Source: Gammaproteobacteria bacterium
GTDB lineage: Bacteria > Actinomycetota > Acidimicrobiia > Spongiisociales > UBA4744
Assembly: GCA_011682695.1 (NCBI GenBank)
Contig: JAACED010000005.1
Span: forward strand, 2,488 to 66,487
DNA length: 64,000 bases
Direction: 5' to 3'
This document shows positions 1 through 9,358 of this stretch, one piece after another (the stretch's first letter is position 1; every line of letters begins with the position of its first letter). Under the pieces are notes generated by a model. That model was given only the letters and a program-made list of their open reading frames with translations. It searched no databases and was not told the origin of the DNA. Position numbers and translations under genes: made by a program.

Positions 1-101
1 CCGGTGCAGCCGCCAACGATGACAGCGTTTGCGGCGGCCGGGAACAGCACTACGGCTGTGATCAGGAACCCGGCAAGAAGCAGACTCCACAGGCGTCTCA
101 A
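1..101 (-). CDS. Partial CDS (N-terminus only; gene continues past the window start) with a signal-peptide-like N-terminus (LRRLWSLLLAGFLITAVVLFPAAANA...)
   Basis: Reverse-strand reading from a TTG ~7 nt after a GAGGAGGG RBS gives a hydrophobic signal-like peptide. Only ~33 codons are visible. Confidence 0.25.
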   Translation of the reverse strand, partial: MRRLWSLLLAGFLITAVVLFPAAANAVIVGGCT

Positions 102-172
102 AGTGGCCCTCCTCTCGTTGTCCTGAACCTATCAGATCGAGAGGAACGATCAATGGAAAAGGTCGTGCCGGC

Positions 173-832
173 TCATCTCTCGGGGAGCACAACGAGCAGG
201 TTTCCGTCGGCGACGCCGATTTCCACCTGTTCGCCGAGGAACCGGTTTGACATCCCTCGAGTGCCGCCGGGTTGGAGGTCCTCGTCGTGCAGCGGCCATT
301 GCAGACCGGAGGTTCGAACACGGTGCACCGGTCCACCGAATGCCAGCAGGCTGATGGTCTCTCCCGGTGCGCCGTGCAGGTGCAACGTTCCGTTGACTCG
401 GTACGCCGTGCCCGTCCCGGTCCGCCACTCCACGTCGAGTCCCGTCTGCGCGGCCAGGAGCGAGGCATTGGCCAGGAAGTGGTCCATGCGGCCGCCGTGC
501 CCACCGATCACGATGACCGAGGAGACGCCTTCCTCGCGCGCATGCGCCAACGCGAGTTCGAGATCCGTGGCATCCTTGTCCACCGGATGGTGCTGGATTC
601 GAGTGCCCAGGCGCTTTGTGTTTTCGAGCGCCGTCGCCGACACGGAATCGAGATCACCGATCACGATGTCGACGCGAATGCCGAGCGTCGCGGCCAGATC
701 CACCCCGGAGTCCGCGGCGATCACGTATGCGTCTCCAGGAAGCCCGTCCAGGACCGCCACAGGGACCTGGTCGCCTCCGGAGATGATGATTGCCATGTCG
801 GTCATTTCTTCAGGATAGAGGAGGAGCCTCAC
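173..832 (-). CDS. Thiamine pyrophosphokinase
   Basis: 219-aa ORF; IIISGGD...GGHGGRMDH motifs and overall layout typical of bacterial thiamine diphosphokinase (TPK catalytic plus B1-binding domain). Confidence 0.75.
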   Translation of the reverse strand: MRLLLYPEEMTDMAIIISGGDQVPVAVLDGLPGDAYVIAADSGVDLAATLGIRVDIVIGDLDSVSATALENTKRLGTRIQHHPVDKDATDLELALAHAREEGVSSVIVIGGHGGRMDHFLANASLLAAQTGLDVEWRTGTGTAYRVNGTLHLHGAPGETISLLAFGGPVHRVRTSGLQWPLHDEDLQPGGTRGMSNRFLGEQVEIGVADGNLLVVLPER

Positions 833-856
833 CGTGAACGGATGGTTGAGGCGAAT

Positions 857-890
857 GACAAAATCGTCTTACGCGCATTCTGCGCGTAAG
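857..890 (-). terminator. Intrinsic terminator candidate downstream of the S9 peptidase gene
   Basis: Perfect 10-bp inverted repeat CTTACGCGCA-TTC-TGCGCGTAAG (868..890). On the minus strand it is followed by ACGAUUUUGUC (U-run). It lies between two co-directional genes. Confidence 0.55.
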
Positions 891-941
891 AATCCGCTGA
901 CCTGGGGATTCAGCGAGACCTCAGGGGAGTTCGACAATGTC

Positions 942-2909
942 TCAACTACTGGTTGAGGCCCTGTCGAGATGGCGAGCAAGCCACGTCTGGACCTCTTGAT
1001 ACCAGTGCAGAGAGTTCTGCGGCTTGAGGATCCAGTGGTTCTCGTCGGGGTAGTAGACAAGGCGCGCCTCCACTCCCTTGGCTTTCAGGATCCCGTAGAA
1101 CTCCAGGCCCTGTGTCGATGGAACGCGAAAGTCGCGCTCCCCGGCGATGACGAGTGTGGGAGTCCGGCAGCCTGCGGTGTGCCGTGCGGGGTTCCAGCGG
1201 TCCACCGTGTCGGGGTCTTCCCAGTAGTCGGCACCGTAGGAGCGGATCCTGCCCATCGTCACGTCCGACGCATACATGCCCGGCAGGTCGGTGACCGCCG
1301 CGTGGGCGACTGCACACGCGAATCGGTCGGTCTGTGTCGTGAGCCAGGTCGTCAGATAGCCGCCGTAGGAACCTCCGGCGATGGCCATGCGGTCCTCGTC
1401 GAGAAACCCTCGTTCGAGGAGGTGGTCGGTCGCCGACAGGATGTCCTGCGTGGGCAGATCGCCCCAGGCGCCTTGAATCGATGTCGCGAAGTCCTGGCCC
1501 CAGGAAGTCGATCCGTGGAAGTTGACCAATGCAACGACATAGCCGGGTGCCGCGAACGTATGTGCGTTCCATCGGAAGTGAAACGTGTCTCCGAAGATGC
1601 CATGGGGGCCCCCGTGGATCATATGCACGAGTGGCCAGCGGCGAGCTGGATCAAAGTCGGGCGGGTAGACGACGAACGCCTGGATCGGGTCGCCGTCAGC
1701 TCCTTCGAAGGTGATTTCTTCGACATTGCCCAGCCGGAGGTCCGCCATCGACTCTTCGGTGAAGTGGGTCAGTCGTTGGCTTCCGGATATGTCGACACTC
1801 ACGACTTCCGGGGGATGGCTGAGGTCCTGGAGGGTGGCGAACAGTGTGTCCGTGCCGGGCACCGGATGGCCAAAGGTCCCTCCTCGAGCAATCTGTCGTG
1901 GTTCCACGTCCTTCGGCGGCATCTGGTACAGATTTACCCGTGCGCGGTCCTCCGCGGTGAACACGAGGTCTCCTTGCGCGGTGAACTCCCATGAGGATGC
2001 GGAACGGTCCCAAGCTTCCGTGAGGACATGGTGTTCGTCCGGCTGCCGGTCATACCTCACCAGCCGAACGCGGTCCGCGTAGTAGTCGATTTCGCGTTGC
2101 ATTCCGTAGACGATGAGGGTTCCGTCCGGGCTGTAGCGGGGCCGAAGCTCATGCCCGGTGCCGTCAGGAGTGAGACAGCGGGTCGCTCCGCCGGCGACCG
2201 GGGTTGTGAAAACGGCGGTGCGAGGCCGGTCATGCGGCGGTGCACTCGTGTCGGCCGAGAAGGCGACTTCCCTTCCGTCCGGCGAAACATCGTAGGAGTC
2301 GGCTTCCTGATCCCAGCTCCACCACCGTTGCGAGTCGGGGATGAGGTCTCGGATCTCTCGCGAGGCGAAGTCGAACAAGAAGATGTGCGGAACGCTTCCA
2401 TCGGTCAGCCAGCGGTCCCAGTAGCGGTAGAGGCGGTCTTCGGTCACGTGGGCCTTGACCTTCGCATCCTCGCGCCGATCCCGCAGCTTCCGGGTGTCTT
2501 CGATGGTCGGTGCCTCGGTGAACAACGGCGAGAGGAAGAGCAGGCCGTCACCGTCGGGCATCCACTTGGGTCCGAGCACACCGAGCGGCATGTCGGTCAG
2601 GCACTCGGCCTCGCCTCCGTCGAGTGGCATCACATAGAGTTGCGCCGGCTCGTCGGGGCTCTCTGAGCGAACGAAGGCGATGCGGGCGCCGTCGAGCGCA
2701 ATGGCGGGGGACTTCGCATCGTGTTTCGGATTGGTGAGCAGCTTCGGCTCTCCGGGAGTGAGCAAGTACAGGCTGGTCGTCGCCTTGTTGTCGTCGAGAT
2801 CGAATCGCGTGACGGGAACCACGACAATCCCGCCGTTTGCGACCGGGTCGCCGACGCGGGGAAGTGTCCAGAGGTCGTTTGCAGTGATGGAACGTGTCAT
2901 ATCGAGCAA
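942..2909 (-). CDS. S9 family serine peptidase (prolyl oligopeptidase / acylaminoacyl-peptidase-like, beta-propeller plus alpha/beta-hydrolase)
   Basis: 655 aa; N-terminal WD/propeller-like repeats, C-terminal GGSYGG nucleophile elbow and Asp/His region typical of S9 peptidases. Confidence 0.85.
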   Translation of the reverse strand: MLDMTRSITANDLWTLPRVGDPVANGGIVVVPVTRFDLDDNKATTSLYLLTPGEPKLLTNPKHDAKSPAIALDGARIAFVRSESPDEPAQLYVMPLDGGEAECLTDMPLGVLGPKWMPDGDGLLFLSPLFTEAPTIEDTRKLRDRREDAKVKAHVTEDRLYRYWDRWLTDGSVPHIFLFDFASREIRDLIPDSQRWWSWDQEADSYDVSPDGREVAFSADTSAPPHDRPRTAVFTTPVAGGATRCLTPDGTGHELRPRYSPDGTLIVYGMQREIDYYADRVRLVRYDRQPDEHHVLTEAWDRSASSWEFTAQGDLVFTAEDRARVNLYQMPPKDVEPRQIARGGTFGHPVPGTDTLFATLQDLSHPPEVVSVDISGSQRLTHFTEESMADLRLGNVEEITFEGADGDPIQAFVVYPPDFDPARRWPLVHMIHGGPHGIFGDTFHFRWNAHTFAAPGYVVALVNFHGSTSWGQDFATSIQGAWGDLPTQDILSATDHLLERGFLDEDRMAIAGGSYGGYLTTWLTTQTDRFACAVAHAAVTDLPGMYASDVTMGRIRSYGADYWEDPDTVDRWNPARHTAGCRTPTLVIAGERDFRVPSTQGLEFYGILKAKGVEARLVYYPDENHWILKPQNSLHWYQEVQTWLARHLDRASTSS

Positions 2910-2946
2910 TGTAGTGGTGTGCGCGGCGGTGACGACCCGGCCGGGT

Positions 2947-4449
2947 CTACTCGCCGCTCCTCCTCCGCTTTCCCGGCTTGCGTCGGGTGGCGCGGTTCAA
3001 CGCCTGCATGCGCTGCTGCACCTCGGCAGTGACCGCGCCGGGAATCGCGCGCCACTGCCAATTGCCAGACGTGGTCCCGGGGCGGTTCATTCTGGCTTCT
3101 GTCGGGAGGTCGAGCAGATCCTGAAGCGGGGCCAGGGCGAGAACCGATCTCGACTTCCAAACAGCCCACATGCTGTCCCATGCGATTTGGCTGTCGTCGG
3201 TCCCCAGATACTCCAGCACGAATGAACGGCGGGCTTCATCGAGGCTGTCGAACCAGCCTCTGGTCGTGTCGTTGTCATGTGTTCCCGTGTATGCGACGCT
3301 ATTGCGCGGGTAGTTGTGGGGGAGGAACTCGCTGGTCCGGTCCGTGTCGAATCCGAACTGGAAGACTTTCATCCCGGGGAATCCCAAGAGATCGCGCAGG
3401 GCGGGCACTCGGGGATCCAGTTCGCCGAGATCCTCGGCGATGACCGGGAGCCTTCCGAGTTCTCGCTGGATGGTCTCGAAGAAGGTCTCTCCGGGTCCGT
3501 CGACCCACCTTCCCTTGGTCGCATCGCGTGCTCCACCGGGCACCTCCCAGTAGTTCACGAATCCACGGAAATGATCGATGCGGACGATGTCGACAAACCG
3601 AAGCACCGCGCGGAAACGCTCGGTCCACCACGCGAATCCGGTCCTTTGGTGCTCGTCCCAGCGATAGAGAGGATTGCCCCACAATTGGCCGGTCTCGGAG
3701 AAATAGTCGGGTGGCACTCCTGCCTGGAAGGCGGGCTCTCCAGTTTCGGTCAGCTGGAAGAGTTGACGGTTCGCCCACACGTCGGCGGAATCACCGGCGG
3801 CGAAGATCGGGATGTCTCCGATGATGCTGATGCCAAGCGAACGTGCACGGCGACGAAGCGCACTCCACTGACGAAAGAAGAGGAACTGGGCGAACTCGTG
3901 ACGGCGAATCTCAGTCGTGTAGGCCAGGGACGCCTTTTCCATCTGCGCCGGATCGCGATCTCTCAACAAGGGAGGCCACAACGTCCAGGAGTGACCGCCG
4001 TAGAGATCCTTCAGTGTCATGAAGAGGCCGTAATCGCCGACCCAATCCCGATGCGCATGGCGGAAGCGTTCGAAGTCGTCTTGTAGCGCACCGATGTTGT
4101 CGAAGGCGTGATTCACCAAGTCGCGTTTCCACGTGATGACAGCTCCGTAGTCGACACGATCGACGGGAAACGCAGGGGCGTTCTGGATCTCTGCTTCGTC
4201 GATCAGGCCTTCGGCAATGAGACTCTCGGGGCTGATCAGGTTGGGATTCCCGGCGAAGCTCGAGAAGCTTTGATATGGGGAGTCGGCGTAACCGGTCGGA
4301 CCGAGCGGGAGAACCTGCCACAGAGCACAGCCCATCTGCGTCAGCTGGTCGAGCCACGCATGTGCAGAAGGCCCGATGTCACCGATGCCGGGCGGGCCGG
4401 GAAGGCTCGTGGGGTGGACGAGCACGCCTGATGATCGGGTGAAGTGCAT
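2947..4449 (-). CDS. malQ: 4-alpha-glucanotransferase (amylomaltase, GH77)
   Basis: 500 aa; N-terminus SGVLVHPTSLPG and overall similarity to MalQ/disproportionating enzyme. Confidence 0.85.
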   Translation of the reverse strand: MHFTRSSGVLVHPTSLPGPPGIGDIGPSAHAWLDQLTQMGCALWQVLPLGPTGYADSPYQSFSSFAGNPNLISPESLIAEGLIDEAEIQNAPAFPVDRVDYGAVITWKRDLVNHAFDNIGALQDDFERFRHAHRDWVGDYGLFMTLKDLYGGHSWTLWPPLLRDRDPAQMEKASLAYTTEIRRHEFAQFLFFRQWSALRRRARSLGISIIGDIPIFAAGDSADVWANRQLFQLTETGEPAFQAGVPPDYFSETGQLWGNPLYRWDEHQRTGFAWWTERFRAVLRFVDIVRIDHFRGFVNYWEVPGGARDATKGRWVDGPGETFFETIQRELGRLPVIAEDLGELDPRVPALRDLLGFPGMKVFQFGFDTDRTSEFLPHNYPRNSVAYTGTHDNDTTRGWFDSLDEARRSFVLEYLGTDDSQIAWDSMWAVWKSRSVLALAPLQDLLDLPTEARMNRPGTTSGNWQWRAIPGAVTAEVQQRMQALNRATRRKPGKRRRSGE

Positions 4450-4497
4450 CCGAGCATTATTGCGCGGTCGCGCCGGGAATCGAACAATGATCGGTAG

Positions 4498-5721
4498 TCA
4501 ATCCGCGATGATCACGATCTCGAGTTCGTTTCTGGCCGCCGCCAGCGACGTCTCGACCTCGAGAGGAGTGCCGGCTCTGGCGAAGAGAAAGCCGAGATGG
4601 CGTGCCCCGTCGGGGAGCGGGATCACGTACGTACCCGGTGGGATCGTGACGGCAACCTCGGTGATGCCGGGCACAGCCCTGGCTGCGTCGAGACCGTTGA
4701 CCGTCCGCAACGTTCCCGCGCTCGGCACAGGGACCGCCAGCACTCCGGAAGCGATGTCTTCACGGTGGGTGTTCACGCGCATCCCCAGGGCATGCCTGAG
4801 CAGCAGATCCTCCAAGGTCGTTCCGAGGAGTCCGAAGTGCAAAGAACGGCCGCGCAATCCTCCGATCGAGCGAGCTGCGACTTCGATGATCGCCACCCGA
4901 CTCCCGTGGATGCGAAGCTTGGCGTGGATGGGACCTTCCCGTAGTCCCAGCGCCCGGACGGCGCGCGTCGCCACCGTCTCGACCTCCTCGAGGATCTCGG
5001 GGTGGAGTCTCGACGGTGTCACGAGCATGGTCTCTGCGAAGTACGGGCCGTCCATCGGCTCCGGCTTGTCGAAGAGAGCCAGGACACGTAAGGCTCCTTC
5101 GACGAGGAGGCCTTCCAGGACGATCTCCCTGCCCGGGATGTAGCGTTCGATGAGCACCAGTTCATTCGGATTCTGACCGGCAACGGCGAGTATACGACGG
5201 ATTCGTTCGACGACAGGCGGCACCTGAAGCGGGTGGTCGACTCTGATGACGCCTCTGCTTCCAGAGAGCGAGAGGGGCTTGAGTACGACCGGAGTTCCCA
5301 CGACTTCCGCAAGTGCGACGGTGTCGCTCGATGGCGCCGCGAGTTCGAAGGTGGGCTGTGGAACTTCGTGTTCGTTCAGCACGTTTCGCAGGATCGCCTT
5401 GTTGCGCGTGGCGGCAACCGATGCAGGGTGATTGTGCGCCAGTCCGAGCCCCTGGGAAGCAATCGCCGCGATCATGGCTCCGGCATCGTCCACCGGGATC
5501 ACGGCGTTGATCGGGCGACGGTCGCCCGCCTGGACGATGGCCTCCGCCGAACGGTGCAGGTCCCGAGAGTCGATGTGGATGAATCCCTCGCTGCTCATCG
5601 AGGCGTGACGCTTCTCGGAGGCGATGACCAGATCGACTCCCAGTGATCTGCCGGCCTCGATGAAGTCGTCGGCCCGGTAGGTTCCGGTGGGGAGAATGAG
5701 GACCGCTGTGCTCACGGGCAC
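4498..5721 (-). CDS. ATP-grasp domain protein (unknown ligase)
   Basis: 407 aa with ATP-grasp-type central region (VVLKPLSLSGSRGVIRV..., ERYIPGREI). The substrate cannot be inferred. Confidence 0.6.
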   Translation of the reverse strand: MPVSTAVLILPTGTYRADDFIEAGRSLGVDLVIASEKRHASMSSEGFIHIDSRDLHRSAEAIVQAGDRRPINAVIPVDDAGAMIAAIASQGLGLAHNHPASVAATRNKAILRNVLNEHEVPQPTFELAAPSSDTVALAEVVGTPVVLKPLSLSGSRGVIRVDHPLQVPPVVERIRRILAVAGQNPNELVLIERYIPGREIVLEGLLVEGALRVLALFDKPEPMDGPYFAETMLVTPSRLHPEILEEVETVATRAVRALGLREGPIHAKLRIHGSRVAIIEVAARSIGGLRGRSLHFGLLGTTLEDLLLRHALGMRVNTHREDIASGVLAVPVPSAGTLRTVNGLDAARAVPGITEVAVTIPPGTYVIPLPDGARHLGFLFARAGTPLEVETSLAAARNELEIVIIAD

Positions 5722-5784
5722 ATGATCGTCGTTTCTCGCCGTTAGAGGCCCTCAATCCGTGGGCGACCCTGTGCGTACGACGGG

Positions 5785-6432
5785 ATGTTGCATGGGGCTT
5801 CCGGTACGATGTCACCCGCCATGGCACAGACACTGACGATCACCGACCTCGCTCGCGCCAAGATCATAGAGATCCGGGACCAGGAGGACGGGGAAGTCGA
5901 AGCGGTGCTCTTGCTCGAAGTGAGCGGAATGCAGGGTGATGATTTCGCGTATGAGCTGAGCTTCGTACCGCTCCCACACGTGGAGCGGACGCATCGTATC
6001 GAGCGCCATGGTGAGCTTGCGCTCGCTCTGCGTAATGAAGACCTCGACAAGCTCGATGGCGCTCTTCTGGATGTGAGGGCCGGTGGATTGGCGATGCAGA
6101 ACCCGAACCGTCCTGCGAGCCCGACCTTTGATTCAGGATCGTCTGGGACGTTGGAGGGATCGTTGGCCGAGCAGGTCGCTCAAGTCATCACGCAACAGGT
6201 GAATCCGGCGATCGCTTCACATGGCGGCGCAGCGGAGCTCGCCGGTGTGGAAGGCCGGGACGTGTATCTGCGGCTGCTCGGCGGATGCCAAGGATGCGGA
6301 CTCGTCTCGGTCACATTGCGGCAGGGAATCGAGCAGATCCTTCGTCGTGTGATTCCGGACCTCGGAGAGATCATCGACGTTACCGACCATCAGGCCGGAA
6401 CGAATCCCCACTATGAATCCGAGAAGAAGTAG
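5785..6432 (+). CDS. nfuA: Fe-S cluster assembly protein, NfuA-like (A-type carrier-like N-domain plus Nfu/NifU C-domain)
   Basis: C-terminal CQGCGL (CxxC) Nfu motif preceded by HesB/IscA-like region. The true start may be an internal Met/Val a few codons downstream. Confidence 0.7.
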   Translation: MLHGASGTMSPAMAQTLTITDLARAKIIEIRDQEDGEVEAVLLLEVSGMQGDDFAYELSFVPLPHVERTHRIERHGELALALRNEDLDKLDGALLDVRAGGLAMQNPNRPASPTFDSGSSGTLEGSLAEQVAQVITQQVNPAIASHGGAAELAGVEGRDVYLRLLGGCQGCGLVSVTLRQGIEQILRRVIPDLGEIIDVTDHQAGTNPHYESEKK

Positions 6433-6465
6433 TTGACACTCCCGGGGTCCCGATACTCTTGACGC

Positions 6466-7143
6466 ATGGACTGGCCGCGCACGGTCGAGGATCTTCGCGA
6501 TGTGCAGACTCGGCTTGGTTCGACACGGCCGTGTGTCTTCCCCGTGCCGGAGACCCCGTCCGTCGGCGGCGTGTTCGTCTGCTTTCCGAGAGGTGGGATG
6601 GGAGCAGGCGCTGCCGGTGACCCGGGATGGGCGGCGGCCGTGGTGATGCAGGGCAGGCGACGTGCTCAGGCTGCAACGGTGAGGGGCTCTGCGGGTGCCG
6701 CCTACCGGCCGGGATTCCTCGCCTTGCGTGAAGGGCCTCTCCTCGCAGCAGCCGTGGATGCTCTCGAGCGAAAGCCCGACGTGCTCATCGTCAACGCGAC
6801 CGGTCGTGACAATCCTCGCCGTTGTGGACTCGCCGTGCATCTCGGGGCCGTGCTCGACATTCCCACCGTCGGAGTTACGCACCGACCGCTCGTGGCGTCC
6901 GGGGCGTGGCCGCAGGAGGGGCGTTGGTCCAGATCCCCACTGATGTTGGGAGGAGAGGTCGTCGGGTACTGGTTTCGGACCAGTGTCGGGACACGTCCCG
7001 TATGTGTGCATGCCGGATGGCGAACCGGCCCGGACCTTGCCGTGGAGATCGTGAGGCTCGTGACGGGTCGGTTTCGTACTCCGGAACCCTTGCGTCGGGC
7101 GAGAACGGCTGCTCGTCGTTTTCGCACCGCACAACGTTTCTGA
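6466..7143 (+). CDS. nfi: Endonuclease V (deoxyinosine 3' endonuclease)
   Basis: PGFLALREGP and NPRRCGLAVHLGAVLDIPTVGVTH match the conserved EndoV motifs (PYIPGLLAFRE / ...HLG...DIPTIGVAK). Confidence 0.8.
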   Translation: MDWPRTVEDLRDVQTRLGSTRPCVFPVPETPSVGGVFVCFPRGGMGAGAAGDPGWAAAVVMQGRRRAQAATVRGSAGAAYRPGFLALREGPLLAAAVDALERKPDVLIVNATGRDNPRRCGLAVHLGAVLDIPTVGVTHRPLVASGAWPQEGRWSRSPLMLGGEVVGYWFRTSVGTRPVCVHAGWRTGPDLAVEIVRLVTGRFRTPEPLRRARTAARRFRTAQRF

Positions 7144-7157
7144 TTCTGCTCGGTGAC

Positions 7158-7619
7158 CTATCCCTGTGGTGTCGGTATCAGCGCCTCTGCAATGCAGTTC
7201 ACGAAGTTCTCGATCGTGCCCTCTGCAACTCGATGGAGGAGCGCATCGTCGAAGATCTGTCCGATGGACCCCAGAGGGACCGTGTACGAGCCGCTGAGTC
7301 TGATCTGGGTCGTGTCCTTCGAGACCCGCAGCAAGTGCAGATCTGCCCGCATCATGGGGAAGAGCATCGGCGCACCCGTCGCTCTCCAGGAGATGGGAAT
7401 GATCAGGCTGTCCGGTCCCCGCTCAGGCGTAGCCGTCTCCAACACGACGGTCTTCGCAATCACCGGTGCAGTCTTTCCCACGCCGATTCTCGCTCGCAGT
7501 TCCTCGCCATTGCGGTACGCCTCATGAGCCCATCCGCCGAGTTCGCCGAGCACCGGCTCGAGTCGTTCGACGGCTACGTCGAAGGGCACAGGGACTTGCG
7601 AGAAATAGGAGACGAACAT
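7158..7619 (-). CDS. Hypothetical protein, SRPBCC/polyketide-cyclase-like (approx. 153 aa)
   Basis: Internal ATG of the long minus-strand ORF 7158..8453. Only this C-terminal part lies outside the well-supported + strand hydrolase gene and it has a balanced amino-acid composition. The fold assignment is weak. Confidence 0.4.
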   Translation of the reverse strand: MFVSYFSQVPVPFDVAVERLEPVLGELGGWAHEAYRNGEELRARIGVGKTAPVIAKTVVLETATPERGPDSLIIPISWRATGAPMLFPMMRADLHLLRVSKDTTQIRLSGSYTVPLGSIGQIFDDALLHRVAEGTIENFVNCIAEALIPTPQG

Positions 7620-7727
7620 GGACCACCTTTCGGTGCGCCAGAGTCTTGCAGGCCCGTGGGAGTACGACCAGGGTCGAACGGCCCTTCTCGCCACAGGTAG
7701 TGTTCGACGTGGACGAGGAGGATTCCC

Positions 7728-8522
7728 ATGCGAGAGGTCACGTTTGATGGCGCCGAGTGCCCTGTGTACTGCCGGGTGTGGGAGCCTGCGGACCGCGTCG
7801 ACCGGATCGTCCTGATCGTTCACGGCTACGCCGAACACGGCGGGCGCTACGAGCACGTAGCGGACGCTCTCGTTGGCGAAGGTGCGGCCGTATATGCGCC
7901 CGATCACATCGGACACGGTCTGTCGGGCGGAGAGCGTGCTCTGATCAGCGATTTCGAGCATGTTGTGGATGACCTGCATCACGTTGCCGCAATGGCTCGA
8001 AGCGAACATCCCGGCGTTCCGCTCATCGTTGTCGGGCATTCCATGGGGGGGTTGATCGGTGCGCGGCTCGCAGAGCGCTATCCAGACGAGGTGGCGGGCG
8101 TTGTGTTCATGGGCGCGGTGATTGGAGATTGGGATTGGGCGAGACAGGCCCTCGAGGATCCGTCGATGATGGCGACACCGTCGGATGTCGCCGGCATGTC
8201 CGGTGATCCGGCGGCCCAACGCTCCTATGCGGCGGACCCGTTGGTGTATCACGGTCTGTACAAGCGGCCGCTGCTCGTCGCGGAGGTGCAGGCACTCGAC
8301 CGGTTCAACGCCGAGCTGGATCGTCTCACGATGCCGATCTTGTTCATGCACGGGACCGATGATCCGTTCGTGCCGTATCAGACCTCCTTGGACGCGGTGC
8401 TCCGCATGCCGTCCACGGATGTGACGATCCGGCTGTTCAAGGGTGATCGGCACGAACTCGTGAACGAACGTGACCGTGCCGAGGTCATCGCCGAACTCTG
8501 CAGGTTCGTTGCCCGGTTCTGA
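7728..8522 (+). CDS. Alpha/beta hydrolase (lysophospholipase / monoacylglycerol-lipase-like)
   Basis: 264 aa; HGYAEHGGRY, GHSMGG nucleophile elbow, C-terminal Asp/His region. Confidence 0.8.
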   Translation: MREVTFDGAECPVYCRVWEPADRVDRIVLIVHGYAEHGGRYEHVADALVGEGAAVYAPDHIGHGLSGGERALISDFEHVVDDLHHVAAMARSEHPGVPLIVVGHSMGGLIGARLAERYPDEVAGVVFMGAVIGDWDWARQALEDPSMMATPSDVAGMSGDPAAQRSYAADPLVYHGLYKRPLLVAEVQALDRFNAELDRLTMPILFMHGTDDPFVPYQTSLDAVLRMPSTDVTIRLFKGDRHELVNERDRAEVIAELCRFVARF

Positions 8523-8528
8523 GCCGTC

Positions 8529-9305
8529 CTACGTCCAGCCTTGCAGGTTGAAGAGCGCCGTGAGCCTGTCCGACATGTTCGGAGCAACTGTCCCCAGCCA
8601 CGCATAGACGCGTCCGCTGAAGGCGGGGACGTAGACCTCCGAGCGAGGCCGTCGGATCGCCGAGAGCACGGCGGTCGCCACCTTCTCGGGTGGCATCTTC
8701 TTTTGAATCTTCGGGACACGCAGTCCTTCGAAGGGAGCGGTGTCCACTCTTCCGGGGTAGATGCTCGTCACGGCGATGCCGCGGGCGGCGAGTTCCTGGC
8801 GGGCAACGCCGGCGAAACCCGAGAGAGCGTGCTTCGCCGCCGAATATGCCGCTTCCAGAGGGACGCCCTTCTTTCCGTCGAGGGAGTTGACGAATACCAA
8901 CTGACCGCCCTGCTCCAGGAACGGGAGCGCTTCGAGGGCAGTGTTGAGAGCCCCGAAGTAGTTCACCGCCATGACGGCGTGCCAATCCGCAGCGGTGGTT
9001 GCTTCGACAGGAGCTTTGAGCCAGATTCCGGCGTTCGCCACCACGACGTCGATTCGTCCCCATCGTTGCACGGTACGTTCGATCAGGCCGCGGACCTGGT
9101 CGCGATCGGTGACGTCGATGGGGACGGCGAGCGCCTGACCTCCGCTTGCGGCGATCTCGGCCGCCAGGTCTGTGAGGAGTGCCTCTCTGCGGGCCGCAAC
9201 GGCCACGTTGGCGCCGTGGGCACCGAGGGCGAGTGCGGTCGCCCTGCCGATCCCCGAAGAAGCGCCGGTGACGACCACGACGCTGTCTCGAATAGCCCGC
9301 CTCAT
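8529..9305 (-). CDS. SDR family NAD(P)-dependent oxidoreductase
   Basis: TGASSGIG Rossmann motif, NAG, YxxxK catalytic motif (YSAAKHAL). Confidence 0.85.
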   Translation of the reverse strand: MRRAIRDSVVVVTGASSGIGRATALALGAHGANVAVAARREALLTDLAAEIAASGGQALAVPIDVTDRDQVRGLIERTVQRWGRIDVVVANAGIWLKAPVEATTAADWHAVMAVNYFGALNTALEALPFLEQGGQLVFVNSLDGKKGVPLEAAYSAAKHALSGFAGVARQELAARGIAVTSIYPGRVDTAPFEGLRVPKIQKKMPPEKVATAVLSAIRRPRSEVYVPAFSGRVYAWLGTVAPNMSDRLTALFNLQGWT

Positions 9306-9358
9306 TCTCCTTCACTCTAGGAGGCTGCGACGTAGTCTGGACTGGCGAAGGAGGTGCG

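Noticed and set aside
969-1994. 341-aa + strand ORF inside the S9 peptidase gene
   Set aside because: Antisense shadow ORF typical of high-GC DNA. Arg/Gly/Val-rich with no motifs. The minus-strand peptidase has clear catalytic motifs.
6822-7700. 292-aa + ORF spanning the endonuclease V 3' end and the gap region
   Set aside because: Arg-rich, overlaps nfi out of frame. Typical GC-bias artefact.
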